NCBI RefSeq assembly: GCF_006345805.1
Contig: NC_043024.1
Span: 8,556,001 to 8,620,000 of the forward strand
DNA from: Octopus sinensis
Taxonomy: Eukaryota
Direction: 5' to 3'
Length of the DNA: 64,000 nucleotides
The notes under the pieces were generated by a model. The model was not told the origin of the DNA and ran no database searches. It saw only the letters and a list, made by a program, of their open reading frames with translations. The first letter of the stretch is position 1, and each line of letters starts with the position of its first letter. This document shows positions 12,398-24,704 of this stretch, piece by piece. The translations under genes and the position numbers were made by a program.

Positions 12398-12600
12398 TAA
12401 ATTTATCCATATGTGTATATATGCATAAATTTATCTATATGTGTATATATACATAAATTTATATGTGTATATATACATAAATTTATGTGTGTATATATAG
12501 ATCAATTTATATGTGAATATATAGATAAATTTATCTATATGTGTATATATAGATAAATTTATCTATATGTGTATATATGCATAAATTTATCTATATGCAA
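12398..12600. repeat. 24-28-bp minisatellite (ATAAATTTATCTATATGTGTATATATAG-like), ~8 units
   Basis: Direct inspection. Confidence 0.85.
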
Positions 12601-13265
12601 ATAGATGAAAGAAAGTTGTACTCAACACATCTGGCAGATGTTATTCAATTGTTTGACTCAGCTCCATGTGACTTTTAGTTTCATGTGTGCGTTGGACATG
12701 TCTATCTTATCGGATGCCGGAAGCATGAGCATGTAGCCTATGAGACTGTCATGTCGAGCCGAGTCAAACTGTAATTGATGTGTGTGTGTGTGTATGTATG
12801 TATAAGCTGGAGTAGTACATGCTTGGCATATGAAGGCATATGGCTTAGTGGTTAGAGCGTTGAGCTGACAATCATGAAGTAGTAGTTCAATCCCTGGGCC
12901 AGGATGTGTGTTGTGTTCTTGAGCAAGACACATTATTTCATTTTGCTCCAGTTCGCTCATCTGTAGAAATGAGTTGCGACATCACTGGTGCGAAGCCTTT
13001 CCCCTTGGATAACATCAGTGGCATGGAGAGGAGAGGTTGTCATGCATGGGTGACTGTTACTCTTCCATAAATAATCTTGCCTGGACTTGTGCCTTGGTGG
13101 GTAACTTTCTAGGTACAATCTCATAGTCATTCGTAACTGAAGTGAGTCTTTACCCACTTTTACATGCTTGGCAAGTGGAATACTGCCTGGGACCAGATTG
13201 TAGATGGAACAAGGAATCTTTTGTCATTTCTGAATGAGCAATACTTGTTGTAAAATAAAATAGGA

Positions 13266-13560
13266 TGTAGAGGGTTGTTGGACACAGTGTGAGACGACTG
13301 TTGTTATCGCTAGGCCTAACTCATCGTAAAGTCAATACCACCATGACTGATATCCAATCTACAGTGGAGAAGGCTAGCCACTGGATTTGGTTAAAAAGAG
13401 ACGATGAGCGATGGCTAGAAGGATATTGAGCTTTATTTCATAACCAGTTGATCTAGCAGGCAGGGCCTCATATCAGTGAGGGGGGCCCAGTGCGCATTGA
13501 TGCCGTCGAGAGGTAGGCCCCAAAACGGCACGCATTCTCTCCTGATGACCCCATACACTT
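13266..13560 (+). mobile_element. 3' end of a REL-endonuclease non-LTR retrotransposon (HERO/NeSL-like)
   Basis: RKVNTTMTDIQSTVEKASHWIWLKRDDERWLEGY* (13325-13429) resembles the A.E..S.W.W..R.D..W terminus of that group. Confidence 0.5.
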
Positions 13561-13733
13561 GCTAGCTTCCGATATACGGAGCTTTTGACTGGTAGCACTT
13601 GCATTTGCAAGTTGTTTGCAAGACAAATGGTGTGTGTTTGAAATGAATATTATGACTTTCCAATAATGTAATTGTTACATGCTTGTACACATGCAACTCA
13701 GTGGCTCCTGTTCTCTGAAGGTACTAGATTTGA

Positions 13734-13782
<49 letters not shown>

Positions 13783-14132
13783 TACTTATTTTTCTCCGGT
13801 TGGTCAAGTGATGTTGACACCTGATGACACCCCAATAAAGCCTGAAAATTTAGGCTGTTCATTTTTTCAATCTATGGAGAAATAGGCATATTTGACATGT
13901 CTGCATGTCTACTAGATAGGTTTAAATATATATTACATATATATATATATATATATACTTGAATATATATATATATATATATATATCTATATATATATAT
14001 ATATAAAGGAGATAATGGTGTCATTGAGACCCAAAGGAGTCAGGTAATGATGAATAAATGCTACAGACAGACCATAGTTGAGTTCCAGATTCGGTAATAT
14101 TGCGAATAAAGGGTTCAACGTTGGTTCTATGT

Positions 14133-14231
14133 CAGCTGGCTTTAGGCACACTTTCTGTGCCCTTATGGTATTTGCCCTTATGGAAAATGAAAATACCATA
14201 AGGGCACAGAAAGTGTGCCTAAAGCCAGCTG
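14133..14231. repeat. Perfect 41-bp inverted repeat with a 17-nt loop
   Basis: cagctggctttaggcacactttctgtgcccttatggtattt and its exact reverse complement at 14191-14231. Confidence 0.95.
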
Positions 14232-15631
14232 GAGACGATGATCTCCTGGGGCTACAAGCTACAGTAACACCCACCCTTAGTGGTTAGCCATATTGAGATG
14301 GTTAGTATACTTCATATTGTCGTGCAGTTACTGTTTACATCTCATTCAGTGATTTATTATTGCTATATATATATATAGTGATTGCCAGTTGAGAAGTCAA
14401 AATAAGATAGCTCTTGTTTATATATGTGTGTGTTTGTACAAGATATAAATTAAAAAAATTCATTAAGGACTCAGGATATGAAGGAAGATTACTGTCAGTT
14501 TCAATCTGTTGTTACAGTTTGAAACAGATAATGCTCTGAGCCCTCAATATATTTCTTAAAATATTTGACTGAATGTGTGTGTTTTTGAATGCATTTAATT
14601 TTTTCATACAAACCAATTCTTTAAATTATTTTCTGCTGCAATGTATGTTGTCAAGTTCGTTAATTTCTTTGAAGTTGACATTTCATTTTCTTACTACTCT
14701 GAGTTTCCCTCTTTTCACTATTCATGGTTGCTCTGAGCAATAGAAATGTGCGACTATACATATATGTATATATTTGTGTGCATGTATGCACAATATTGCT
14801 GCTTGTGATGGGGGTGATTTTTTTTTTTTTGATAATTGCTATGGTTACTATGGTGATATTCAGAATGTAAATTTTGGTGTGTGAAGGAATGGTTCAGCAT
14901 GCATCGTTACTCCTGATTCTCTTAAACTCTTCCGACTGGGATTTCCTGGTAAGTAACATCTCTTTGGAATTTCAGGTTAAACGGACGAATAAAAAGTGTT
15001 GCTTTGCAAATTTCTTGTCCCGAGTCTTGTCAGCCAAGTGCAATCAGCAGTTGTGCCCGTGGGGGAATAAGTTCCCAACCAGTGGAGTTTGTTGTGAAGT
15101 AGAGCTCACCTTATTAATGTGCTCTGTTGTTGAGTATAGGCATATGGATGAGTGGAGTCTGTTGTTGAGCAGAATCTAGTCTCTTTGCGAGTGGAGCTTG
15201 TCTTTTGTAAAACAGTTGATGAGTTAAGTAAAGGTGTGTGTGCATACGTCAGTATTGTTAACATAATCATTAATTTCATCATATTCAGTACATAAACTGT
15301 GATGAAACATAGATATCATATGTATGTATATATATATATATATGTATGTATATGTATATATGTATGTGTATATTATATGTATGTATATGTATATATGTAT
15401 GTGTATATTATATGTATATATATATGTATATTATATGTGTATATTATATATATATATATATATTATATATATATATATATAATATATATATATATATGTA
15501 ATATGTGTATATTATATGTATAAATATATATATATATATGTATAAATATATATATATATATGTATATTATATGTGTATATTATATGTATATATATGTTTA
15601 TATATATATATATGAAACATAGATATTGTAT

Positions 15632-15981
15632 CAGTTGGTTCTCAATGACTTTTTTCCTATGGACCCCTCTGGTTACTGTTTTTTTTTTTTTTTTTGTGAA
15701 CCCCAACAGCCATTCGAGGTTAAAAAACTAGTTTTATAGAGCTACTTCTTTCAAATTTCATATTTTATTTTGCACCCTCTGAGAGAAAATGTTTCAGGGA
15801 TCAGAAACATATTGAACTGTGTAAAATGTGAGGGAAAGATACCTAGCTGTTTCTTGCAATAGATATATCTAAAGCGGAATTGTTTCATGAACCCTCAAAA
15901 TACTATTGCAGGTCCCCAGTTTACTAATGTACTTGCAGGGACCTCCAAAAATCTTACATGGACCCTGGTTGAGAACCACTA
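15632..15981. mobile_element. hAT-type MITE
   Basis: TIRs CAGTTGGTTCTCAA / TTGAGAACCACTA. No clean 8-bp TSD remains. Confidence 0.55.
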
Positions 15982-16369
15982 TGTTATATGAAAGCTTACT
16001 AGGAATTCAACCCCTGACAAAACTGTGTCTATGCCATGGTCACACAGAGTCAGTAGTCTCCACACAGAGACCTGTGTTATGGTTATATTTATACTGTTAC
16101 TTTGTCTTCTCCTCTTTTGAAAATTCTCAGAAAGGTGAGGTTGGTAAAAAAGCCAAACTATCTTCATTTCAGATTTGTGCCTTACCTCACTGAGGTAACG
16201 ACTGAAAGAGCACGATTGAAAATGTATGCAGCTAAAAAGGGGCCCCTCCAGAGGATCTATGGAGTAACTTTACTCAGTGAAGCACATATTTTTTTTTTTA
16301 TTTTATCTAGTTTCAGCTCATGAGCTGTGGCCATGCTGGGGCACCGCCATTTGGTGTTGCTACATCATT

Positions 16370-16660
16370 TTACTTCACGAATGCTTTTTAGCAATTGCCA
16401 TTTGGGGCATGAGAGAGTTCGATGCAGCTGCCCTCATCTGCACCTCCAGCCGTGAAGTTGGTTCATAGCTTGGATATTAGGGAATCTCTCCAGGTGGAGT
16501 TGCTCCCGCTTCTCCACATTGAGAGGCCACAGTTCTGTTGCTACAAACATTTAATTAGAATGTCGCAGGAAGAACTGCAAGACAAATTCTTCAAGCTGAA
16601 CCCACCAGCAAGAGACCTAGGGGTAGTCCAAAAAGGAAAAGGTTGGATGATATTCATAGT
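16370..16660 (+). mobile_element. Decayed RTE LINE C-terminal fragment
   Basis: DIRESLQVELLPLLHIERPQFCCYKHLIRMSQEEL, compared with RTE IRESLQVEPLLLRIERSQLRW.GH..RM.QERL. Confidence 0.65.
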
Positions 16661-18244
16661 CCCAGTTAACAATACATTAACAAGTTTGAAACAGCAGATA
16701 ATGTCCACAGAGATAAAACAGTATAATATGGGATGTTTACTTACTTCTGAGATGTCTGTGTAGACAGACAGACAGATACTTGTTGAGTAAGTAAGTTCAT
16801 AGGCATAAAGTCCCAGTTTACATGAATTTAACAATAAACAAATATATATTTCTTTACTACCCACAAGGGGCTAAACACAGAGGGAACAAACAAGACAGAC
16901 AAAGGGATTAAGTCAAATACATCGATGCCAGTGTGTAACTGGTACTTAATTTATCAACCCAGAAAGGATGAAAGGCAAAGTAGACCTTGGCGGAATTTGA
17001 ACTCAGATTGTAATGGCAGACAAAATACCGCTAAGCATTTCGCCCGGTGTGCTAACGTTTCTGCCAGCTCGCCGCCTTATTTTCCTTTCTTGGTGAATAA
17101 TATAATTACTCAATCACTCTGTTAATTGTGGTAAGTGGAATCCTAAGGTTTTGTGCAATTTTCAGCTGGCTAAGTTCTCTGATTAACACAAAATATGCCC
17201 TCTTTGAAATTCAGGCAACAATTTTGCTTGCTGGTGTTTGCAACATGGCTAGTCGTTATAAACATTTCATATTGTACTGTAATCTGAAATAAAAAATAAC
17301 AATACATTAACAAGTTTGAAACAGCAGATAATGTCTGCAGAGATAAAACAGTATCATATGGGATGTTTATTTACTTCTGAGATGTCTGTGTAGATAGACA
17401 GACAGATATTTGTTGAGTAAGTTCATAGTCATAAAGTCTCAGTTTACATGAATATAAACAATAAACAAATATAGTCACACAGTTCTCTCCTCCCACGATT
17501 TTTTAGAGCTCTGTATTAACAATGCTGAGATGTTATGTCTGTGTGTGTGTGTGTATGTATATAATTAAATGAGTCCAACTAAAAGCATTTCGTTTGACTC
17601 ATTGTTCTGTGAAAATTTCCGGATACCATCCTAATATTTTGAGCTCTCTTTTTTATTGTCAATGGTCTTACCATTTTCCTCTGAACAGGTAACACCAGGA
17701 TGTGAATGTGTGTATGTGTCTGTGTGTATATATATATATATATATATACACATACATACATAGATACATACATATATATACATATATATATATATATATG
17801 TGTGTATGCAAGTATGTATATATACATACACATACATATATATACATATGTGTGTATGCATGTATGTATATATACATACACATACATATATATACATATA
17901 TATATATATGTGTGTGTGTATGCATGTATGTATACATACATACAAACACAGTTGTGTATATTTGGAGGGTTTGTGTGTGTTTTAAACTGGAAGATCGAGT
18001 ACTCAATCCGAGGAATGTTGATAAACGATAATTTTCAACTAAAATTTGGTGTTCTTGTAATGTTTTATATATATATATATATAAATGCATTTGTGTGTAT
18101 GTATATAATACCTATTAGTTGTGTGTGTCTGTGTACATATGTATATTATTTGAAGCATGCAGCATCTCTCAATGCAGTTTAATAAATTTACTATCTCCTC
18201 AGCTTTTTAAGTTTACCATTACTGTCCAATTATCATTATCATTA

Positions 18245-18278
<34 letters not shown>

Positions 18279-18762
18279 TGACTGTCATCATTATTACACT
18301 TTGCCAATTGTTCAGTCACTCAACAAGTATTTTCCAATATATGTTTGTATGTAAAAGGTTAAATTTCAGACAGCTTTCCTTCTTACATTTAACTAGTAAG
18401 TATTTCTTGACCTCTAAACCAATTTCTTTTAACGAACCAGTGAAACTTAACAAAATCCTTTCTTCTCTTTGTCTCTCTCCCTCTCTTTTTCTCTTATTAC
18501 AAACTCGAATCTAATTACCAATTGTTGTTCCTCATTTCATTGATATTCTCATTACTTTTTTTCAGGGTTTATTTTTAAAATTATATTTTTCTTAAATATT
18601 TCATTTTTATTCCTTCCATCCAATTTGCTTGCTTTATTAACTTCATTTTATTATAAACTCATTTAATTAGTATACATATATATATATTGTTGACATCATA
18701 AAAATTGATAAACTTTCAAGAGAATGTGAAATAATTCTTTTCCGGAACAGTATATCACAAAG

Positions 18763-19089
18763 TTACAGAGATGTACTTGCATAGCAAGTGACCTGATCTG
18801 AGATTGTGCTGGAACGAAAACAATTGCAGTGTGGAAGGTGTTTGTAAGCCATTTAAGAAACACACAAAAACTGTTAGATTCACTTCAACATTTAAATTTA
18901 ATTTGTCAAAATATTTTCATCGCTTTGAGACCGTGACCTGTTCACTGACAAAATTCTGTGCTGTCAGTGAACAGGTTGCGGTCTCAAAGCGACGAAAATA
19001 TTTTGACAAATTAAATTTAAATGTTGAAGTGAATCTAACGGTTTATGTGTGTTTCTTAAATGGCTTATAAACACCTTCCACGCTGCAAT
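18763..19089. mobile_element. Palindromic (foldback) non-autonomous element, copy 1
   Basis: Arms of about 125 bp, near-perfectly complementary around the loop aaaattctgtgc. Flanked by the 12-bp direct repeat TATATCACAAAG. Confidence 0.8.
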
Positions 19090-19773
19090 TATATCACAAA
19101 GCACACACATAAATCTATAGACAATAGTGTATAAATATTGGGTTGAAAATCTTTTGTTGTTTATACTTTTTATACGTGTATTTTGAAATATACTATTTCA
19201 AAAGAATCTATAATACTCTTGTGTCTTTCTCTGTCACAATATATGAATGAGAAAGGAAGGAGTGATAGATGAATAAGGAAGGAAGGGGGATGGTGAACAT
19301 TCAACGCTGAAAAGAAAAATCAAACAGCGTTTCAACTCTGTGTGAGTATGTGTGTGCGTGTGCAAGGGAAGTATGTGAATGAATGTAAATATTGACAAGT
19401 GTATTAATTTGATTTACCATCCATATTGATATATAAAATACTACAATTAGCTGTCATTTTTGATGGCATGGGGCCAACTAGTGATGTATAACCCATCAGA
19501 TCATATAAAATCATCCAACCCATGCCAGCATGGAAAATGGACATTAAATGATGATATATGTACTTTTTGATAATAAAAAAATACACATTGCTATGTTAAA
19601 TGGATATCTTAAATTTTCTTGAAAATGTGCTTGTCCTACCCCTTCTTGTAATTTGGTCACCTGGTGCCAATAATCTGTTTTAAGTGAATTAGAGAAGCTG
19701 TGGCCTTCTAGAAGCAAAAATAAACCTTGATTGGGAACATTAACAAAAAATAGCCTTCTGCCCTAATATTAGG

Positions 19774-20030
19774 AAGATTAAGGCAGTAGTTATTCCTGTG
19801 GTAATTGGTGCACTTGGTACAATGCCCAAAATGTTACATAGGAGACTGAAAAATGCCAGAATTGAGACTTGCATTGTTGACCGGCAGAAATATGCAGTCT
19901 TATATTCTGCATGAATCCTAGGAAAGATTCTTGAGATTTGAGGATTTGCTGTCACCAAACCTCAAGGCAACATCCCTGCTAACTAATATGGCATGTAATA
20001 GCTTAATAATAATAGTAATAATGATGATGA
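19774..20030 (+). mobile_element. R4/Dong-clade LINE 3' end
   Basis: VIPVVIGALGTMPK..QKYAVLYSA*ILGKILEI*, followed by an (AAT)n/(GAT)n tail. Confidence 0.65.
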
Positions 20031-20217
20031 TGATCAAGTGAGGGTTAGTGATAGGAAAGGCATCCAGCTATGGAAAATCAGTATTAGTAAACTTCATCTG
20101 ACACATATGCAAGCATGGAAAAGTGGATGCTGAAGTGATGATGATGATATGTTTCTCTCTCCCTCTTTCTCTCTTTGTATGTGTATATCTATCTATCCAT
20201 CTGTCTATTTATCTATC

Positions 20218-20280
<63 letters not shown>

Positions 20281-20343
20281 ATGTGTGTGTGTGTGTGTAT
20301 ATGTGTGTGTGTATATATATATGTATGTACATATATATATATA

Positions 20344-20405
<62 letters not shown>

Positions 20406-20427
20406 ATTGTTCGATGTCTCTTCCCAG

Positions 20428-20743
20428 GATCAACGAATTAAGGAATTAAACCAGACCTCTCCACAGACCTCCCCACAGAATCAGCCAGCTACGTATGCGT
20501 CGACGAACCCCTTCAGCAGCGGCCCGGCAGAGGCCCTCACCTCCGACCTGCTTCTCGACACCAGCCTGACGACCACACAGCCCGCGAAACCCATCAGTGA
20601 CCTGCTCGGTTTGTCAGCCTCCACCAACCCCTTCGTCGACAGTCTTCCCACAAATGCAGTGTCGCCAGGTCAAACCAACACAATGACTTCTATGGGCTGG
20701 ACAGCGAAGCCAGCATCCCCCGCCATGAATACCACAACCCAAG
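20428..20743 (+). CDS. PICALM: Exon, 316 nt, phase 0 to 1: [105 protein letters not shown]
   Basis: Acceptor gtctcttcccag|GAT, donor CAAG|gtatat. GC-rich open frame within ORF 20407-20796, with 2 NPF and 2 DLL motifs. Confidence 0.85.
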
Positions 20744-22006
20744 GTATATTCAACACAAAAATGCCGTTTTATATATGTGTATATATGTATATGTAGAACA
20801 TTTTTGTTTTATTATAGTTACATTTATTGATTTTTTTTTTGTGTGTTTTATGCATAGTAGTAGTTGTTGTTGTTGGTGGTGGTTAATCTTGACTGAGACC
20901 GATTGATTTTGGTCTGTAGCCATGCTGCGGTACTGTTTTGGAGTGGTTTTGTCGAACGGATTGACCCCTGTACATTTATTTTATTTTAAAGCCTGAAAGC
21001 CTGGTACTTATTCTATCAGTCTCTTTTGCTACACCAGTAAGTTATGGGGACGTAACAGAAACAAACCAACAACCAGTTGTCAAACGGTGATGATGGGACA
21101 AATATAAACATACACACACACACAGTGGGCTTCTATTAGTTTCCGTTTAGCAAATCCACTCAAAAGGCTTTGGTCAACTGGTAGCTTTAGAACAAGACAT
21201 TTGCCTAGGTGCCATGCTGTAAGACTGAACTCAGGACCATGTGCTTTGGAGGCAAACTTCTTACCCCACTACCACACCTGATCATGAAGTCAGAAGCTTG
21301 CTTCACAGCATGTGGTCTTGGGATCAGTCCCACTGCATGGTACCTTCAGCAAGTGTATTTCACTGTAGCCCTGGGCTGACCAAAGCTTTGTGAATAGATT
21401 TATTGATGGAAAGTGAGAGAAACCTGTTGTGTGTGTATTTGTTTGTCCCCTCCCCCACTACCTGACAACCAGTGTTGACTTGTTTATTATTTCTTTACTG
21501 CCCACAAGGGGCTAAACACAGAGGGGACAAACAAATGGATTAAGTTGATTATATCGACCCCAGTGCATAACTGGTACTTATTTAATTGACCTTGAAAAGA
21601 TGAAAGGCAAAGTCGACCTTGGCAGAATTTGAACTCAGAACATAGCAGCAGATGAAAAACCGCTAAGCATTTCGCCCGGTGTGCTAACGATTCTGCCAGC
21701 TCGCCACCTTTTGATTTTTTTTATGCCCCTGTAACTTAGCAGGTCAGCAAAATGATTCTGATGGAATAAGTACAAGACTTAAAAATAGGCACTGATGTTG
21801 ATTTGTTTGAGTAAAGCAAGGCCCCAGCATGGCCACAGTCCAAAGACTAAAACAAAGTCAAAGACAGGTGTAATAGTTGATTGGCAAACTTTCAAAATAG
21901 CTATTACTCCCTCATTGAGAAAAGTTCCTGTAAAAATTTACCGGCAAATGGCTTGGAATAAGAGGACAAAACCATATGAAGCCTAAATGGTTTGGGTTTC
22001 TTTTTC

Positions 22007-22611
22007 ACTAGCAGATGCACCTGTCCTTTGGACGGTTTAACATATAAATAAATAAATAATAAATTTTAAAAATGTGAAAATGACTAAAGAATATTCTGTT
22101 ATGCAAATATACAACCATATTGATTAAAAAAGTATGGAGAAGCAGTCAAAGTAAATGAAAAGACAAAATCCTTTCACTTTTATAATATTCACTAACCGAA
22201 ACCCTCAAACAATACACACACCAATACATATATAAAAAATATAGAAAGTAATAATGCACAATTATAATATAGAAATAAATGATAAACCCCCAAAATGTGA
22301 AAACCACTAAAAAATATTCTCTAATGCCAATATACAACCATACAAAAAAATAGCTATTACTCTTTCATTGAGAAAAGTCCCTGTAAAAACATGCAAAAAA
22401 GCTAAGTGCATACAGTGAATTAGAGAAAAACACATGTAAAACACCATTTTTCCCCAGTTTGTCCATTTACTCAGGAGTTCTGGGCAAAATGTTATAGTGT
22501 ATGACCATCTTGGGGACATAAGTAATGTGTGTGTAAAGTTTGGTGAAAATCAGTTGAGAATTATGGAAATGGATGCATTAGGCACACATACTGTGATTTA
22601 TATATACTAGA
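22007..22611 (+). mobile_element. Helentron/DINE-1-like non-autonomous element (HINE)
   Basis: 5' ACTAGCAGATGCACCTGTCCTTTGGACGG with a small hairpin; 3' ..gtgaaaatc..tttatatatactag. Confidence 0.45.
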
Positions 22612-23750
22612 CGATTTTAATTCAATTTAACTATGATTATAGAATTAATGTTAGGTAAAATAAAATTAAAACCAAAAAAAAAAAGGAGTATTGAAGATAT
22701 AAAAGTTCTTAGAGATAATATTTATTCCTATTTATATGGAACAAACTATATTGTAGTAGTTACCATTAGAGGAACTCACATTGGCTTTTTAAAAAGCATA
22801 TTTATTTTTATTGCTAGCTGGGTGGTAAATTTCTGCTACCTCCAGTGCCAAGACCACCAGATCACGTGACCATATATGGTTTTCTCAATGATGGACACCC
22901 AACTGTTCTATCTTTGGTAAGACCAAACATGGTCAAATACCTCTGTTGCTAATAGATATAAGAATTCTTGTTTTATAACGTCAATATAATCCATTTATTC
23001 CAGCGCTACACTCCAGTAAAGAAATATATTTCAGGATTAAGTTAAATGCTTCTAAATTTGGCTTTTCATTGAAAACAAGGGCAACGGATATTGAAAGAAA
23101 CTATCACCTAATTCTTTGTCCTTTTCTTTCTCCATGGGGCAGTAATAATTGTTCTGAAAGTCTTCTGATCATAATAGCTACATGCTTCACTAGTTGACTT
23201 AAATATTGGCTGTTGATAAGAGGAAAACACCTTTGTTTTTATATTTGCCAGCATATGATTTGAGGAAGATTTGGCTGTTATTTCTAGCACATCTGGAATG
23301 CTAGGCTGACTTGGTGACACTAAAGTTGTAGCATATTTGAGATCACATTGTTCTGAGTTCAAATCAAAGCATTTCACTGCTGCACATTTTTGCATTGGGT
23401 CAGCTCATTGAAGGGGACATCAAGTGCACCCTACGTAAAACAATGTCGGACCAGGAAGATCTGGGGATTATAAGAAACTGTTACTTTCAGTGGTTGAGGT
23501 AGAAGTGGGGTGAGAACAGGGTTATTAAAATAAACAAAACAGGTCCATAAAGCTAGCAAATATCTAATGTCGTGATATACGGGAGAAGTGAAATCTCACT
23601 GATATTTCATTCCAGGCATCTGGGCAGGGGCTATTCCTGACCCTCCTTACTCCTCTCTTTGAAGGGAATCTTTTCTTCACTGGACCCCTTGGCTCAAGCA
23701 TTTACATTGCTCTTTTTGCTTTACTGCAAGTCATACTAACTTGTTGTTAG

Positions 23751-23771
23751 CTCAGCCTCGCTTCACTGGTG
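23751..23771 (+). CDS. Candidate 21-nt phase 1-1 microexon: AQPRFTG
   Basis: Perfect TACTAAC branch point at 23734-23740, ttgttgttag acceptor and GTG|gtcagt donor. Fits the phase of the flanking exons, but the branch-to-AG distance is short. Confidence 0.25.
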
Positions 23772-24084
23772 GTCAGTCAAAGAATGCTGCTTCACAGTTG
23801 ACTAGTTAAAGATAGGAAGAACAGAGGACCCATCTGTTACACACACACACACACACACTTCATTTATGTAGTAAGGCTACCATTGGTTTCATGTTATGGA
23901 AGACTGCAACAGTTTTCAAGCCTGTCACATTACATGAACAATGTTGTTTCATGTGAGGGGCTTGATAATTGTTGAGGTCTTCCTTAACATGAAACTAATG
24001 GTAATTAACAAATGAATTCACAAATAAAGAATCTTTATCCACCAATGTGGTGTTGAGCACACATACACACACACACACAGCATG

Positions 24085-24376
24085 GGAATTGTTTATAAGC
24101 CATTTAAGAAACACACAAAAACCGTTAGATTCACTTCAACATTTAAATTTAATTTGTCAAAATATTTTCGTCAGTTTGAGACCATGACCTGTTCACTGAC
24201 AAAATTCTGTGCTGCACAAAAATATTTTGACAAATTAAATTTAAATGTTGAAGTGAATTGAACGGTTTTTGTGTTTCTTAAATGGCTTATAAACACCTTC
24301 CATGCTGCAATTGTTTTCGTTCCAGCACACGATCTCAGATTAGGTCACTTGCTATGCAAGTACATCTCCATCTCCG

Positions 24377-24379
<3 letters not shown>
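24085..24379. mobile_element. Palindromic (foldback) non-autonomous element, copy 2
   Basis: Same arms and loop as 18763-19089. Left arm truncated; right arm complete and ending in (TA)n. Confidence 0.8.
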
Positions 24380-24412
<33 letters not shown>

Positions 24413-24704
24413 GTACATACATCAGCACATATATGTGCATGTACACACACACACACACACAAACCAATACGCCCTTAAATTTACTAATATGCTGGTTTGC
24501 CCATCCACTGTAGCGATGGCCTAATTTATCAGTGCTTTATATAACTAGATACTGTAATATGTTATTGGTTGGGGAAGGAAACCAGGAGCATCTTCAGAGG
24601 AGCAGTCAACAGACCATAAAATGTGATAGGAGAGATTTCCTTCCATCAATATGCCGCAAGCAGCAGAGACGGGACATCAAACGATGATCAACGCTTTTCA
24701 CTTT

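Noticed and set aside
14864-14954. Strong donor CTG|gtaagt at 14948/14949
   Set aside because: The nearest plausible acceptor gives stops in all three frames; the in-frame alternative lacks a pyrimidine tract.
23108-23395. 95-aa minus-strand ORF in non-repetitive DNA
   Set aside because: No recognisable domain or splice context; the length is compatible with chance.
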